A stretch of 64,000 nucleotides of DNA from Bryobacterales bacterium. GTDB taxonomy: Bacteria; Acidobacteriota; Terriglobia; Bryobacterales; UBA6623. The notes under the pieces were generated by a model. The model was given only the letters and a program-made list of their open reading frames with translations. It searched no databases and was not told the DNA's origin. The position numbers and the translations under genes were made by a program. Where the stretch lies: contig CAXXKD010000001.1 in the NCBI GenBank assembly GCA_963422375.2, forward strand, positions 32,001 to 96,000, written 5' to 3'. Shown piece by piece: positions 9,942 through 19,399 of this stretch; the stretch's first letter is position 1, and each line of letters begins with the position of its first letter.

Positions 9942-12518
9942 ATGAGAACCGGCAAGTCGCAGGCACGCGCCGGTCGAGTGCTCTCGGTCACGCTCGCTGG
10001 GCTCGCGGCCGCGGTCTTGCTCGCGGCCGCCGAGCTGCCGCCCGCGACGGACCGGCCCGTAGATTTCGAGTCCGAGGTTCGACCGCTCCTCGAGCAGCGG
10101 TGCCATGCCTGCCACGGCCCGGCTAGCTCGATGAACGGCCTGCGCCTGGACCGCCGGGCGGACGCGCTGGCCGGAGGTCACTCGGGACCCGCGGTCGTGC
10201 CTGGGGACTCAGGCAACAGCCGTCTGATCCACATGGTGGCGGGCTACCGGGTCAAGGTGCTCATGCCGCCGGCAGGCGACCCGCTGACCCCTTCCGAGAT
10301 CGGCGTCTTGCGGGCTTGGATCGACCAAGGAGCCGACTGGCCCGAGGACGCCGGCGAGACTGCCCAAGACGGTCCGGCGGGCTCCGGGGACGGCCACTGG
10401 GCCTTCCAGCAGATCCGACGGCCAGAGGTGCCCGCCGGTGCCAACCCGATCGACCATTTCGTTGGCGAGAGGCTGCGGAGGGAGGGACTCGAGCCGGCCC
10501 CGGCCGCGGACCGGTCGGCGCTGCTGACGCGGGTCTCGCTCGACCTGACGGGGCTGGTTCCCTCGGTCGAGGAGCGTAGGGCCTTCCTGCAGGACGAACG
10601 CCCCGGCGCCTACGAGCGGGTCGTCGACCGCCTGCTCTCCTCCGAGCATTTCGGCGAGAAGCAGGCCATGCACTGGCTCGACCAAGTTCGCTACGCGGAC
10701 TCGGACGGGTACGCCAAGGACTACACGCGGCCCCACGCGTGGCGCTACCGGCGCTGGGTGATCGACGCCATCAACCGCGGCATGAGCTTCGACCGCTTCT
10801 CGCTCGAGCAGATTGCCGGAGACCTGCTCCCCGACGCCACGCTCGAGCAGCGAGTCGCCACGGGCTTCCATCGGAACACGCTCCGGAACCGCGAGGGCGG
10901 CGTGAATCCGGCCCAGTACTTCTTCGAGGAGACGGTCGACCGCGCCAGCACATTCGGTACGGTCTGGCTCGGATTGACGGTCGGCTGCGCCCAGTGCCAC
11001 GACCACAAGTACGACCCCATCTCGCAGAGGGAGTTCTACGAGCTGTTCGCGTACTTCGACAACCTCGAGGAAGCGCACGTCTACGCGCCCGTGCCGGGCG
11101 AGATGGGCCCCTACCTGCGAACGGTCAACGAATACCGTCGCCAGCACCGGGAAATCTTGGACGAGTACAGCGTGCCCGAGGTCCAAGCCGCTTGGGAGCG
11201 CGACTGCCTCAAGGCGGGCGCGGACCCGGGCGTCTACTTGGACTGGGACCTAGCCTGGCAGGAGCTCGGCCTGAACACGGACGGCGGGCAGGAAATCGTC
11301 CTCATCCCGCCGGAGAAGCGCACGTGGCGTCAGGCCACGATGATCACCCATTACTTCCTGCGCGCCTACAGCCTTATCGTGGGAGGCGACAAGGCGAAGG
11401 AACTGGGCTTTCCCGAGGCGCTGAAGAAGATTCGGGAGCTGGACCGACGCTACCCTCAGCGGACCGAGGCGCGGGTTGTCCACGAGCGCCAGGATCCGCA
11501 GCCGACGTTCCTGCGCGTGAGGGGAAGCTGGGACCGCGAGGGCATCGAAGTCCGGCCGTCCACGCTGGACGCGCTGCCCGGGCTGGCGGACGCCGGCCCG
11601 ACGCGCCTGGACCTCGCGCGCTGGCTGTTCTCCGCCGGCAACCCTCTGACGGCCCGGGTAGCGGTCAACCGCATCTGGCAGGAATACTTCGGCCGGGGGC
11701 TGGTCGCGACCTCTGACGATTTCGGCGTGCAGGGCGAGAAGCCCAGCCACCCCGAGCTGCTGGACTGGCTGGCGGCGGAATTCCGCGATGCCGGATGGGA
11801 CGTCAAGCGCGTGCACCGGCTTGTCGTCACCTCGGAGACCTACAGGCAGGCGGCCTACCGCTCCGAGGAGGCCGCGGGCCGCGACCCCGCCAACGCCCTG
11901 CTAGCCCGCCAGACTCGCTTGCGCCTCCCGGCCGAGTTGATCTGGGACCGCGCGCTGGTCTCGTCGGGTCTCGTGCATCACGACGTCGGCGGCCCCGGGT
12001 TCCGGCCGGCGATGCCGGACGGCTCGACCGGTCTCAAGACGGGAGGCACGGACTGGGATCCGAGCTCGGGCAGGGAGCGCTTCAAGCGCGGCATGTACAT
12101 CCACTTCCAGCGGACGCAGCCGTATCCGTTCCTTGTGACTTTCGACTCGCCGGAATTCCGCGCGCCGGCTTGCCGGCGGGAGCGGTCCAACACGCCGCTG
12201 CAGGCGCTCAACCTCCTGAACGACCCGACGTTCGGCGAAGCGTGGCAGGCGTTCGCGGTGCGGGTGTTGGCTGAGGCGCCGGGCGGTGGCTTCGAGGGGC
12301 GCTTGCGCCGGGCCTACGAGCTCGCCCTGGGGCGCGAGCCGACGGCGAGCGAGACGGCTGGCTTTTCCGAGTACGTGGCCGAGCGGAGAGCGCAGGCCGA
12401 GGCCGCCGGGACCTCCGCCCTGCCCACGGTCGACGGGATGGACAAGGGCGCTCTGGCGGCTTGGACCGGCGTCGCTCGCATCCTGATGAACCTCGACGAA
12501 TTCGTGACCCGCCCATGA
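9942..12518 (+). CDS. Planctomycete cytochrome c + DUF1549/DUF1553 (PSD1) protein
   Basis: CHACH and CAQCHDHKYDP heme motifs, HWAFQ, NPLTARVAVNRIWQ, PSHPELLDWLA, NTPLQALNLLN. Confidence 0.92.
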   Translation: MRTGKSQARAGRVLSVTLAGLAAAVLLAAAELPPATDRPVDFESEVRPLLEQRCHACHGPASSMNGLRLDRRADALAGGHSGPAVVPGDSGNSRLIHMVAGYRVKVLMPPAGDPLTPSEIGVLRAWIDQGADWPEDAGETAQDGPAGSGDGHWAFQQIRRPEVPAGANPIDHFVGERLRREGLEPAPAADRSALLTRVSLDLTGLVPSVEERRAFLQDERPGAYERVVDRLLSSEHFGEKQAMHWLDQVRYADSDGYAKDYTRPHAWRYRRWVIDAINRGMSFDRFSLEQIAGDLLPDATLEQRVATGFHRNTLRNREGGVNPAQYFFEETVDRASTFGTVWLGLTVGCAQCHDHKYDPISQREFYELFAYFDNLEEAHVYAPVPGEMGPYLRTVNEYRRQHREILDEYSVPEVQAAWERDCLKAGADPGVYLDWDLAWQELGLNTDGGQEIVLIPPEKRTWRQATMITHYFLRAYSLIVGGDKAKELGFPEALKKIRELDRRYPQRTEARVVHERQDPQPTFLRVRGSWDREGIEVRPSTLDALPGLADAGPTRLDLARWLFSAGNPLTARVAVNRIWQEYFGRGLVATSDDFGVQGEKPSHPELLDWLAAEFRDAGWDVKRVHRLVVTSETYRQAAYRSEEAAGRDPANALLARQTRLRLPAELIWDRALVSSGLVHHDVGGPGFRPAMPDGSTGLKTGGTDWDPSSGRERFKRGMYIHFQRTQPYPFLVTFDSPEFRAPACRRERSNTPLQALNLLNDPTFGEAWQAFAVRVLAEAPGGGFEGRLRRAYELALGREPTASETAGFSEYVAERRAQAEAAGTSALPTVDGMDKGALAAWTGVARILMNLDEFVTRP

Positions 12519-13948
12519 CCTCGAAAGAGTTTCTGACCATCCAGTCGCGGCGCGACTTCCTCGACCGCACTCTCTACGGCCTCGGCACCGGGGTGCTGGC
12601 TCACTTGCTGGGCGCCGAGGGCCGGGCCGCGGTCTCGCGCCCCGACGCGCTGGCCCCGCTCGAGCCGCACTTCGCTCCCAAGGCCCGGAACGTCATCTTC
12701 CTGTTCCAAGGGGGCGCGCCGAGCCAGATCGACCTGTTCGACCCGAAGCCCAAACTGCACGAGTGGGACGGCAAGCCCCTGCCGGAGTCCTTGGTGAAGG
12801 ACATGCAGCTGGCCTTCATCAAGCCGACGGCCAAGGTGCTGGCGAGCCGTCGCCAGTTCCGGCCCGCCGGGCAGTCGGGCATCGAGCTCTCGGAATGGCT
12901 GCCGCACACCGCGGAGATTGCCGACGAGATCTGCCTTGTGCGCTCGATGCACGGCGAGGCGATCAACCATCACCCGGGCCAGTCGCTGCTGATGAGCGGG
13001 AGCCCGCTGCCCGGTCGTCCTACCATCGGCTCCTGGGTGACTTACGGACTGGGGAGCGAGTCGAGCGACCTGCCCGGCTTCGTGGTGCTCAAGACCGGGA
13101 GCTCGACCCAGGGCAGCACAGGCAACTGGACTAACGGCTTCCTTCCGTCGAACTACCAAGGCGTGCTGTTGCGCAGCCAGGGCGACCCCATCCTGCACCT
13201 CTCGAATCCGGAGGGCGTGTCGATGGCGATGCAGCAGCGGGACTTGGAGATGATCCGGGAACTGAACACCGCGCAGATCGAGCGGACCGGCGACGCGGAA
13301 ATCGCCTCCCGGATTGCCGCGTACGAGCTTGCGTTCCGGATGCAGGCCGCGGCGCCGGGCCTAATCGATATCTCCGACGAGACGGATTCGACCCGCGAGA
13401 TGTACGGGCTCGACGCCGAGGAGACGCGGGCGTACGGCACGACGTGCCTGCTGGCGAGGCGCATGGTCGAGCGCGGCGTGCGCTTCGTGCTCAACCAGCA
13501 CGCCCAATGGGATCATCACTCGAACCTGGAGAAGGGACTCAGCCAGAAGTGCCGCACCACCGACAAGCCGGTCGCGGCGCTCGTCAAGGACCTCAAGCAG
13601 CGGGGACTGCTGGACGAGACGCTCGTCGTGTGGGCCGGGGAGTTCGGGCGCACGGCCTTGGCGGAATGGCGCAACCCGTCCGATCCGGCGAGTATCGGCA
13701 GGGACCACCACGCCGACGGCTTCAGCGTGTGGGCGGCCGGCGGCGGCATCAAGGGCGGGCAGGTGGTCGGCAAGACCGACGAGCTCGGCCTCACGGTGGC
13801 CGAGGCCCCGGTGCATGTCCACGACCTCCAGGCCACGCTCCTGCATTGCCTCGGTCTCGACCACGAGCGCTTGACCTACCGGCATGCGGGCCGGGACTTC
13901 CGACTCACCGATGTAGGCGGGACGGTCGTGCGCCAGATGCTGGCATAG
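12515..13948 (+). CDS. DUF1501 domain protein
   Basis: ATGA overlap with the upstream gene; SRRDFL; GGAPSQIDLFDPKP; WDHH; GEFGRT; GRDHH. Confidence 0.92.
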   Translation: MTSKEFLTIQSRRDFLDRTLYGLGTGVLAHLLGAEGRAAVSRPDALAPLEPHFAPKARNVIFLFQGGAPSQIDLFDPKPKLHEWDGKPLPESLVKDMQLAFIKPTAKVLASRRQFRPAGQSGIELSEWLPHTAEIADEICLVRSMHGEAINHHPGQSLLMSGSPLPGRPTIGSWVTYGLGSESSDLPGFVVLKTGSSTQGSTGNWTNGFLPSNYQGVLLRSQGDPILHLSNPEGVSMAMQQRDLEMIRELNTAQIERTGDAEIASRIAAYELAFRMQAAAPGLIDISDETDSTREMYGLDAEETRAYGTTCLLARRMVERGVRFVLNQHAQWDHHSNLEKGLSQKCRTTDKPVAALVKDLKQRGLLDETLVVWAGEFGRTALAEWRNPSDPASIGRDHHADGFSVWAAGGGIKGGQVVGKTDELGLTVAEAPVHVHDLQATLLHCLGLDHERLTYRHAGRDFRLTDVGGTVVRQMLA

Positions 13949-14093
13949 CCGAGTGTCCGAGCCTCGAGATTCCGCGCTGCGACGGTAGCGCTGGCAGGAC
14001 AGTCGACGTGACCGGCCGTCCCTCCGCTCCTGTCGCATCCGGCGGCTGTCGCAGGCGGGGCGGAAGCCCTGCCGGGCCTATACTTGCGGTGTG

Positions 14094-15589
14094 ATGACCG
14101 GTACGCGTCGCGACTTCTTGGCCGGATTCGGCAGCCTCGCTTCCTTGGGCGCATGCCACTCGCTGCCGGGGCCGCGAGCGACAGCTAGGCCGAACTTCCT
14201 ATTCTTCTTCCCCGACCAGCACCGGTACGACTGGGTCCAGTGGAATCCGCAGGTCCCCGTCCCGACGCCTCATCTGGCCGCATTGCGAGACCGAGGCGTT
14301 TCCTTCCCGAATGCCGTGGTCGATTCGCCCGTGTGCGGTCCTTCGCGGGCGTGCCTCGCCTCCGGCAGCGCCTACGACCGCTGCGGTCTCGCGGACAACA
14401 GGGAGAACTTCCCGACGGATCGGCGCACCTACTACAGGGCGCTGCGGGACAGCGGCTACCACGTGATGGGATGCGGCAAGCTCGACCTGCACAAGGCCGA
14501 CTACTCGTGGGGGCTCGACGGACGGGGGAGCATGGAAGCGTGGGGCTTCTCCGACATGATCGACAACGGCGGCAAGGGTGGCGGAGCCAGCGCCTATCGC
14601 CGGAGTCCGGTCGGCCCGAAGGATCCGTACTACGCCTACCTAGACTCTCGGGAGCCCCCGCTCGGCCAGGCCTGGGCCAGCGAGCTCGAGCGACTGGGCG
14701 AAGTGAAGTGGAATACCTTCTTTTGGAGCGAGGAAGGCGAGGCGCTCCAGGACCTTCTCAGCCGGGAGCGGTGGTGGGGCGAGACGGAGCCCGTCTCGTT
14801 GCCCGACGAGGCGTACTGCGACAACTGGATCGCCCGTAACGGTCTCGAACTGCTCGCCCGGGCGCCAGACGACCGGCCGTGGCACCTCGTGCTCAACTTC
14901 GTCGGCCCGCATCCGCCGATGGATGTGACCCGGTCCATGGCGAGCCGATACCGGGGCCGGACCGAGTGATCGACGGATTCCGCCCGCCGAACGGCTACGA
15001 CGGGCCCGTCCCGGAGGAACAGCATATCCGCATTCGGCAGAACTACTCCGCGATGGTCGAGAATATTGATCGCTGGCTGGGCGCGTTCGTCGAGACGCTG
15101 AAGGACCGCGGCGACTACGACAACACCGTCATCGTGTACTCGAGCGACCACGGCGAGATGCTGGGAGACCGCGGTCTCTGGGGCAAGAGCCTCCCATTCC
15201 AGCCGTCGGCCGGCGTGCCACTCTGCATTGCGGGCCCGGGCATCCGGCAGGGCTTCGAGAGCGCCGCCATGGCCAGCCTCATCGACCTGACGGCGACATT
15301 CCTGGATTACGGCGAGGCGGGTCGACTCGAATACCAGGACGGCCAGTCCCTGCGGCCCTTGCTGGAAGCCGCTAGCGACGAGCACCGAGGCCATTCGAGC
15401 TCGTCGCTGAAGTTTCGCGGGAGTCTCTGGCGCTTCGTCCAGGACCGTCGCTACAAGCTCGTCGAGGGGTTCGGGCAAAGGAGCGTGCAGCTGTTCGACC
15501 GGGAGGCTGACCCGCACGAGCAGGAGGACGTTGCCGACGCCAAGCCGGGCGTGGTGGAGGATCTAGCGAAGCTGATGGCTCGCGCCTGA
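14094..15589 (+). pseudogene. Sulfatase (Tat lipoprotein-like leader), split by one frameshift near 14955
   Basis: First ORF carries TRRDFL, PDQHR and CGPSR; second frame carries YSSDHGEMLG and LFDREADPHE. One extra G in GGGG (14953-14956) would join them. May be a sequencing error. Confidence 0.8.
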
Positions 15590-15701
15590 ATGGCGCTCCG
15601 ACCTGGACTTGTCGGCGGCTCATCTCGGGCAGAAGTCGATTGATGCGCAGCGCGACGCGCCCGGCGGCTGTCTCTAGGATTAGAATCTGAGGCTGGGAGC
15701 A

Positions 15702-17860
15702 TTGAATGCAAGCTGGACGCTGTATTGCGGTGACTGTTTAGAGTGGATGCGGAAATGGCCCGGCGGGGTTGCCGACCTGATCTATTTGGACCCCCGATTA
15801 CCTCGAAGACTGATTACAGCATTCTATGGAGCAGGAGCAACGGTGCATCGGCAAGGGTGCATGCATTCTCCGACACTTGGGCTTGGGATCATGCGGCCCA
15901 ACAGAGAGTTGATTCCATCGGCAGGTCGATCAATCATCTGGCGCATAAGTCCATTGCCGGCTTGCACATAGCCTTGGGAGACTCCTCCTTGATTGCATAT
16001 TTCAGCTACTTGGTAGAGTGTCTTGCTGAAATGATTCGCATCCTCAAGACTGCTGGGACTATGTTCCTGCACTGCGATCCAACAGTGTGCCACTATTTGA
16101 AGGTCATCATGGACGATATCTACAGTGAAGAAGACATTCAGATCGAGATCGTATGGTGCCGTACTACAGCGCTTACTGACTCCAAGGAATTCGGATCGAG
16201 TACCAATAGAATCCTCTATAACTCTCGAAGCAAGTCCAGAACATGGAATCCGCAGTACCAACCCTATTGTCCGGACTACAAGGGGCGATTCCGATCCAAG
16301 GATAGGGAATCATATATCTGAGTGCAGACACAACGAATTCATCCGGATTTATAATCAACATAATAATTGCAACAATCTTCCGACTTCGTGTAGGTGATCA
16401 GTGGATTTCTGTGATAGAATGGTTGCAGTAAATGAGTCCATTAATGACGCAGATATTTCCCAGATAGTAGTTCCGAAAAGGCATCAAGTTGATCCACGTG
16501 ATCGACATGTTTCCCGATGACCAAGCCGCCGAAAAGTGCTTCGCCGCCATGCGCTGGCCGGACGGTTCCGCGCCACGAACCAAGTGGCCGCCCGGCCGCT
16601 GCAGGGCACGACCGAGGGCGACCTGCAGGGCTTCGTGCGCGTGCGGGTCGCGCCGGGCGCGCAGGTCCACTCTGACAAGGCGGCGGCCTATGCCGGCATG
16701 GACGAGTTCCCGCACGACGGCGTCAAGCACTCCGGAGGCGAGCACGTGCGCGGGGAAACGCATACCAACGGCATCGAATTCTTCCGGGCCCTGTTCAAGC
16801 GCGGCCTCTACGGAACCTATCCCCGGATGAGGGTCCGCCATCCGCGTCGCAACCTCGTGGAGTTCGCGGGACGGCGCAACGCCCGCAACTGCGACACGGC
16901 GGAACGGTTGCGGCGAATGGCGCCGGGCCTGGCCGCCGAGACGCTGAACTACCGGTAGCTGACCGGCAAGGCCGCGGTCGCGGCCTGAGTGGCAGTGGCG
17001 AAGCGGGGTCCCCGCGACCGACGCGGGAGCGGCCGCCGAGGTGTGTTGACCGCAGCGGACCGGAGCAGCGCACTGCGGCGGCACAGCCCAACCGAGCGCG
17101 GCAGCCCGCTGCGGGCGGACTCTGCGCACTAGGTGCGAAGCGCACTTCGGAGCCGGAATCCCTCGAGCGCGATCCGCGTCTGGCCCGGACAACTCGTGAA
17201 GGCAGTCGAGAGCAGGGGCTCCGAAGTCTTCGTCCCTCGGAGGGTCTGAAATCGGCTTGGAGGGGCGCCGCGCCACGCCAAACCGGGCTCCCCGGGGCGT
17301 GCCAGGCGGCCTCCCTAGTCCCCTACGCCGCGAAAACCGCTTGCCCGTGCGCTTCAGATGCAGGTCCACAGTCTAGCCCTACCTCGGCCGCACATGAGGA
17401 GTCCGAGCTAGACGCCGACCTCCCTGATCAGAGCAGTCCTAGCTTGATGGGGTGTCATCGTCACTCAGATATACAATTCCCCAAGGATACGGACGGGCGC
17501 CGTTGGGCGGACGGTGACCTGACCGCCAAGGGGCTGTCCGGAGGAGGTTACGAGTACCAGTACGGGGGAGTCTGATCGCTGTGGCGAGTACCAATTGATT
17601 CCAACGAGACGGATGCGGTAGACATCGGAATCGACGGACAAGGTCTCCTGCTAGCAGAATCGACGGGCGTAGTAAGTCACGCTAGGCCGCAATTGGTCCT
17701 TGATCAGGCCAAGTCCGGCAATTTCTTGCTCTCGCATCTCCGGGACTCTTGCAGGGGCGCTGACCACGAAGGGGCTGCCATGGGGCCCCAAATTACGCTT
17801 GACTCCATGCCCAAGTCTGCCGCTGGGCAAGACAATCGAACGACTGTTCCTTTCTAGGAT
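15702..17860 (+). pseudogene. Site-specific DNA methyltransferase (N4/N6 family) pseudogene, interrupted by an IS1595-type element
   Basis: LYCGDCLEWM...DLIYLDP[fs]P, FSDTWAWD, FLHCDPTVCHYLK. The frame resumes after 17481 as SKDTDGRRWADGDLTAKGLSGGGYEY, then hits stops. The first part is lower in GC; the 3' limit is approximate. Confidence 0.82.
16305..17481 (+). mobile_element. IS1595-family element, internally deleted (1177 bp)
   Basis: TIRs GGGAATCATATATCTGAGTG (16305-16324) and CACTCAGATATACAATTCCC (17462-17481) match 18/20. 8-bp TSD CAAGGATA at 16297-16304 and 17482-17489. Transposase fragments MFPDDQAAEKCF..RWPDG and VKHSGGEHVRGETHTNGIE. Confidence 0.9.
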
Positions 17861-18354
17861 CGCTTGATAGTGTTCACTCTCCGCGTTCGCCTGCGGTGCA
17901 GGATGCCGGCTAGGTGCCTGTCCGCGAGAACGGTGCGCCCCTCGGCGCTCCTCGGCGGAGCGGATCGTGCGCGCGGCCGTGATGACGGGTGCCTCGGGCC
18001 GAGGGAAGCGGAACACCGATCACTCGAGCCGAGCCTCGGCGAAGAAGGCGAAGAATACGAGGCGTGGCCGGTTGCGCTCCTCGGTCATCTATCGGTCGTG
18101 GCATCGGGGCTGGTGCCGCCTTATTCGATCCGGCGCCTTCGGTGGCAGGCGGCGCTCCGCATTTTGGAGCACCCTCGCTGAGGGTGCGACCGCGCCAACC
18201 GCGCGGACTGCAATCTGCGTTCGCACGGTGCGCTGACGGGCAGCTCCAAGAGCGGGTTGATTCGCGTGAGCGTCGCCCGGCCAATCCATGCGTCACCTCC
18301 ATGCGCGGTTGCCGCGCGACATTCGAGTACAATCATTCCGCAGGAGAATCCCAA

Positions 18355-19362
18355 GTGACACGTTGGATCGCACTCGCCATACTTTCAGTCGGACTCTGCG
18401 GAGCGCAGACGCTCAAGATTGTTGTCGCCGGCCAGAACGACGAAACCATCGCGGACTGGCAAACGGCGTCCGAGAACGTAGAGCTCGTCCGTGTGACCGC
18501 GGAAACCGCCAAGGGCGAGATCGCGGACGCGGATGCCTATATCGGCAACATCAATCCCGAGCTCGTGGAGGCCGGCAAGAAACTGCGCTGGGTGCAGACC
18601 CTCAGCGCGGGCGTGGAGCAGGTCCTCCACAAGTCCGGTTCGGAAGCGCTTGCCAAGAGCGACATCGTCCTCACCAACAACCAGATCGTGCAGGGGCCAG
18701 AGATCGCCGACCACGCCATGGCGCTGCTGCTGACCCTGACTCGGTTCATCCCGACCTACCTGGAGCGCCAGGCGGACGAGAACTGGCAGGGAAGGCCATA
18801 CACCTTGCTCGAGCTCAACGGGAAGAACGCCCTCGTAATCGGCATGGGCGGGATCGGCCTGCAGATTGCGATCCGCGCTTGGGCCCACGGCATGAACGTT
18901 GTCGGGGTGGACCCGGAAGACATCGCGTACTTGCCGTACGTGGATCGGATCGTCAAGCCGGACATGCTCGATCGCGTGATTGGCGACGCCGATGTGGTGT
19001 TCATGGCCGCTCCGCACACCCCTGCCAGCCACAGGATGATCGGGCCGAGCCAGTTCGAGGCCATGAAACAGGGATCGTACTTCATCGCTGTGAGCCGCGG
19101 CGGCACCTACGACCTCGGCTCTCTGGTCAAGGCGCTCGACTCGAAGAGGCTGGCCGGCGCGGGCGTCGACGTGACGGATCCCGAGCCCCTCCCCAAGGGC
19201 CACGCGCTCTGGAAGATGGAGAACGTCGTCATCACGCCGCACATCGCCGGCCGGTCCGACATGGACCGCGGGCGGATGCTTGGCATCGTGAAGTCCAACA
19301 TCCAGCGCTTCGCGGACGGCATGCCGCTGCTGAACGTGGTGGACAAGGAGAAGGGCTATTGA
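18355..19362 (+). CDS. D-isomer-specific 2-hydroxyacid dehydrogenase family protein with a signal-peptide-like N-terminus
   Basis: RBS AGGAG and GTG start; SAGVE, GMGGIG Rossmann motif, SRG, DVTDPEPLP, ITPHIAG. Confidence 0.9.
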   Translation: MTRWIALAILSVGLCGAQTLKIVVAGQNDETIADWQTASENVELVRVTAETAKGEIADADAYIGNINPELVEAGKKLRWVQTLSAGVEQVLHKSGSEALAKSDIVLTNNQIVQGPEIADHAMALLLTLTRFIPTYLERQADENWQGRPYTLLELNGKNALVIGMGGIGLQIAIRAWAHGMNVVGVDPEDIAYLPYVDRIVKPDMLDRVIGDADVVFMAAPHTPASHRMIGPSQFEAMKQGSYFIAVSRGGTYDLGSLVKALDSKRLAGAGVDVTDPEPLPKGHALWKMENVVITPHIAGRSDMDRGRMLGIVKSNIQRFADGMPLLNVVDKEKGY

Positions 19363-19399
19363 GCCCGGCTGGCCTGGTTTGGGGGAGCAGGGAGGGGGC

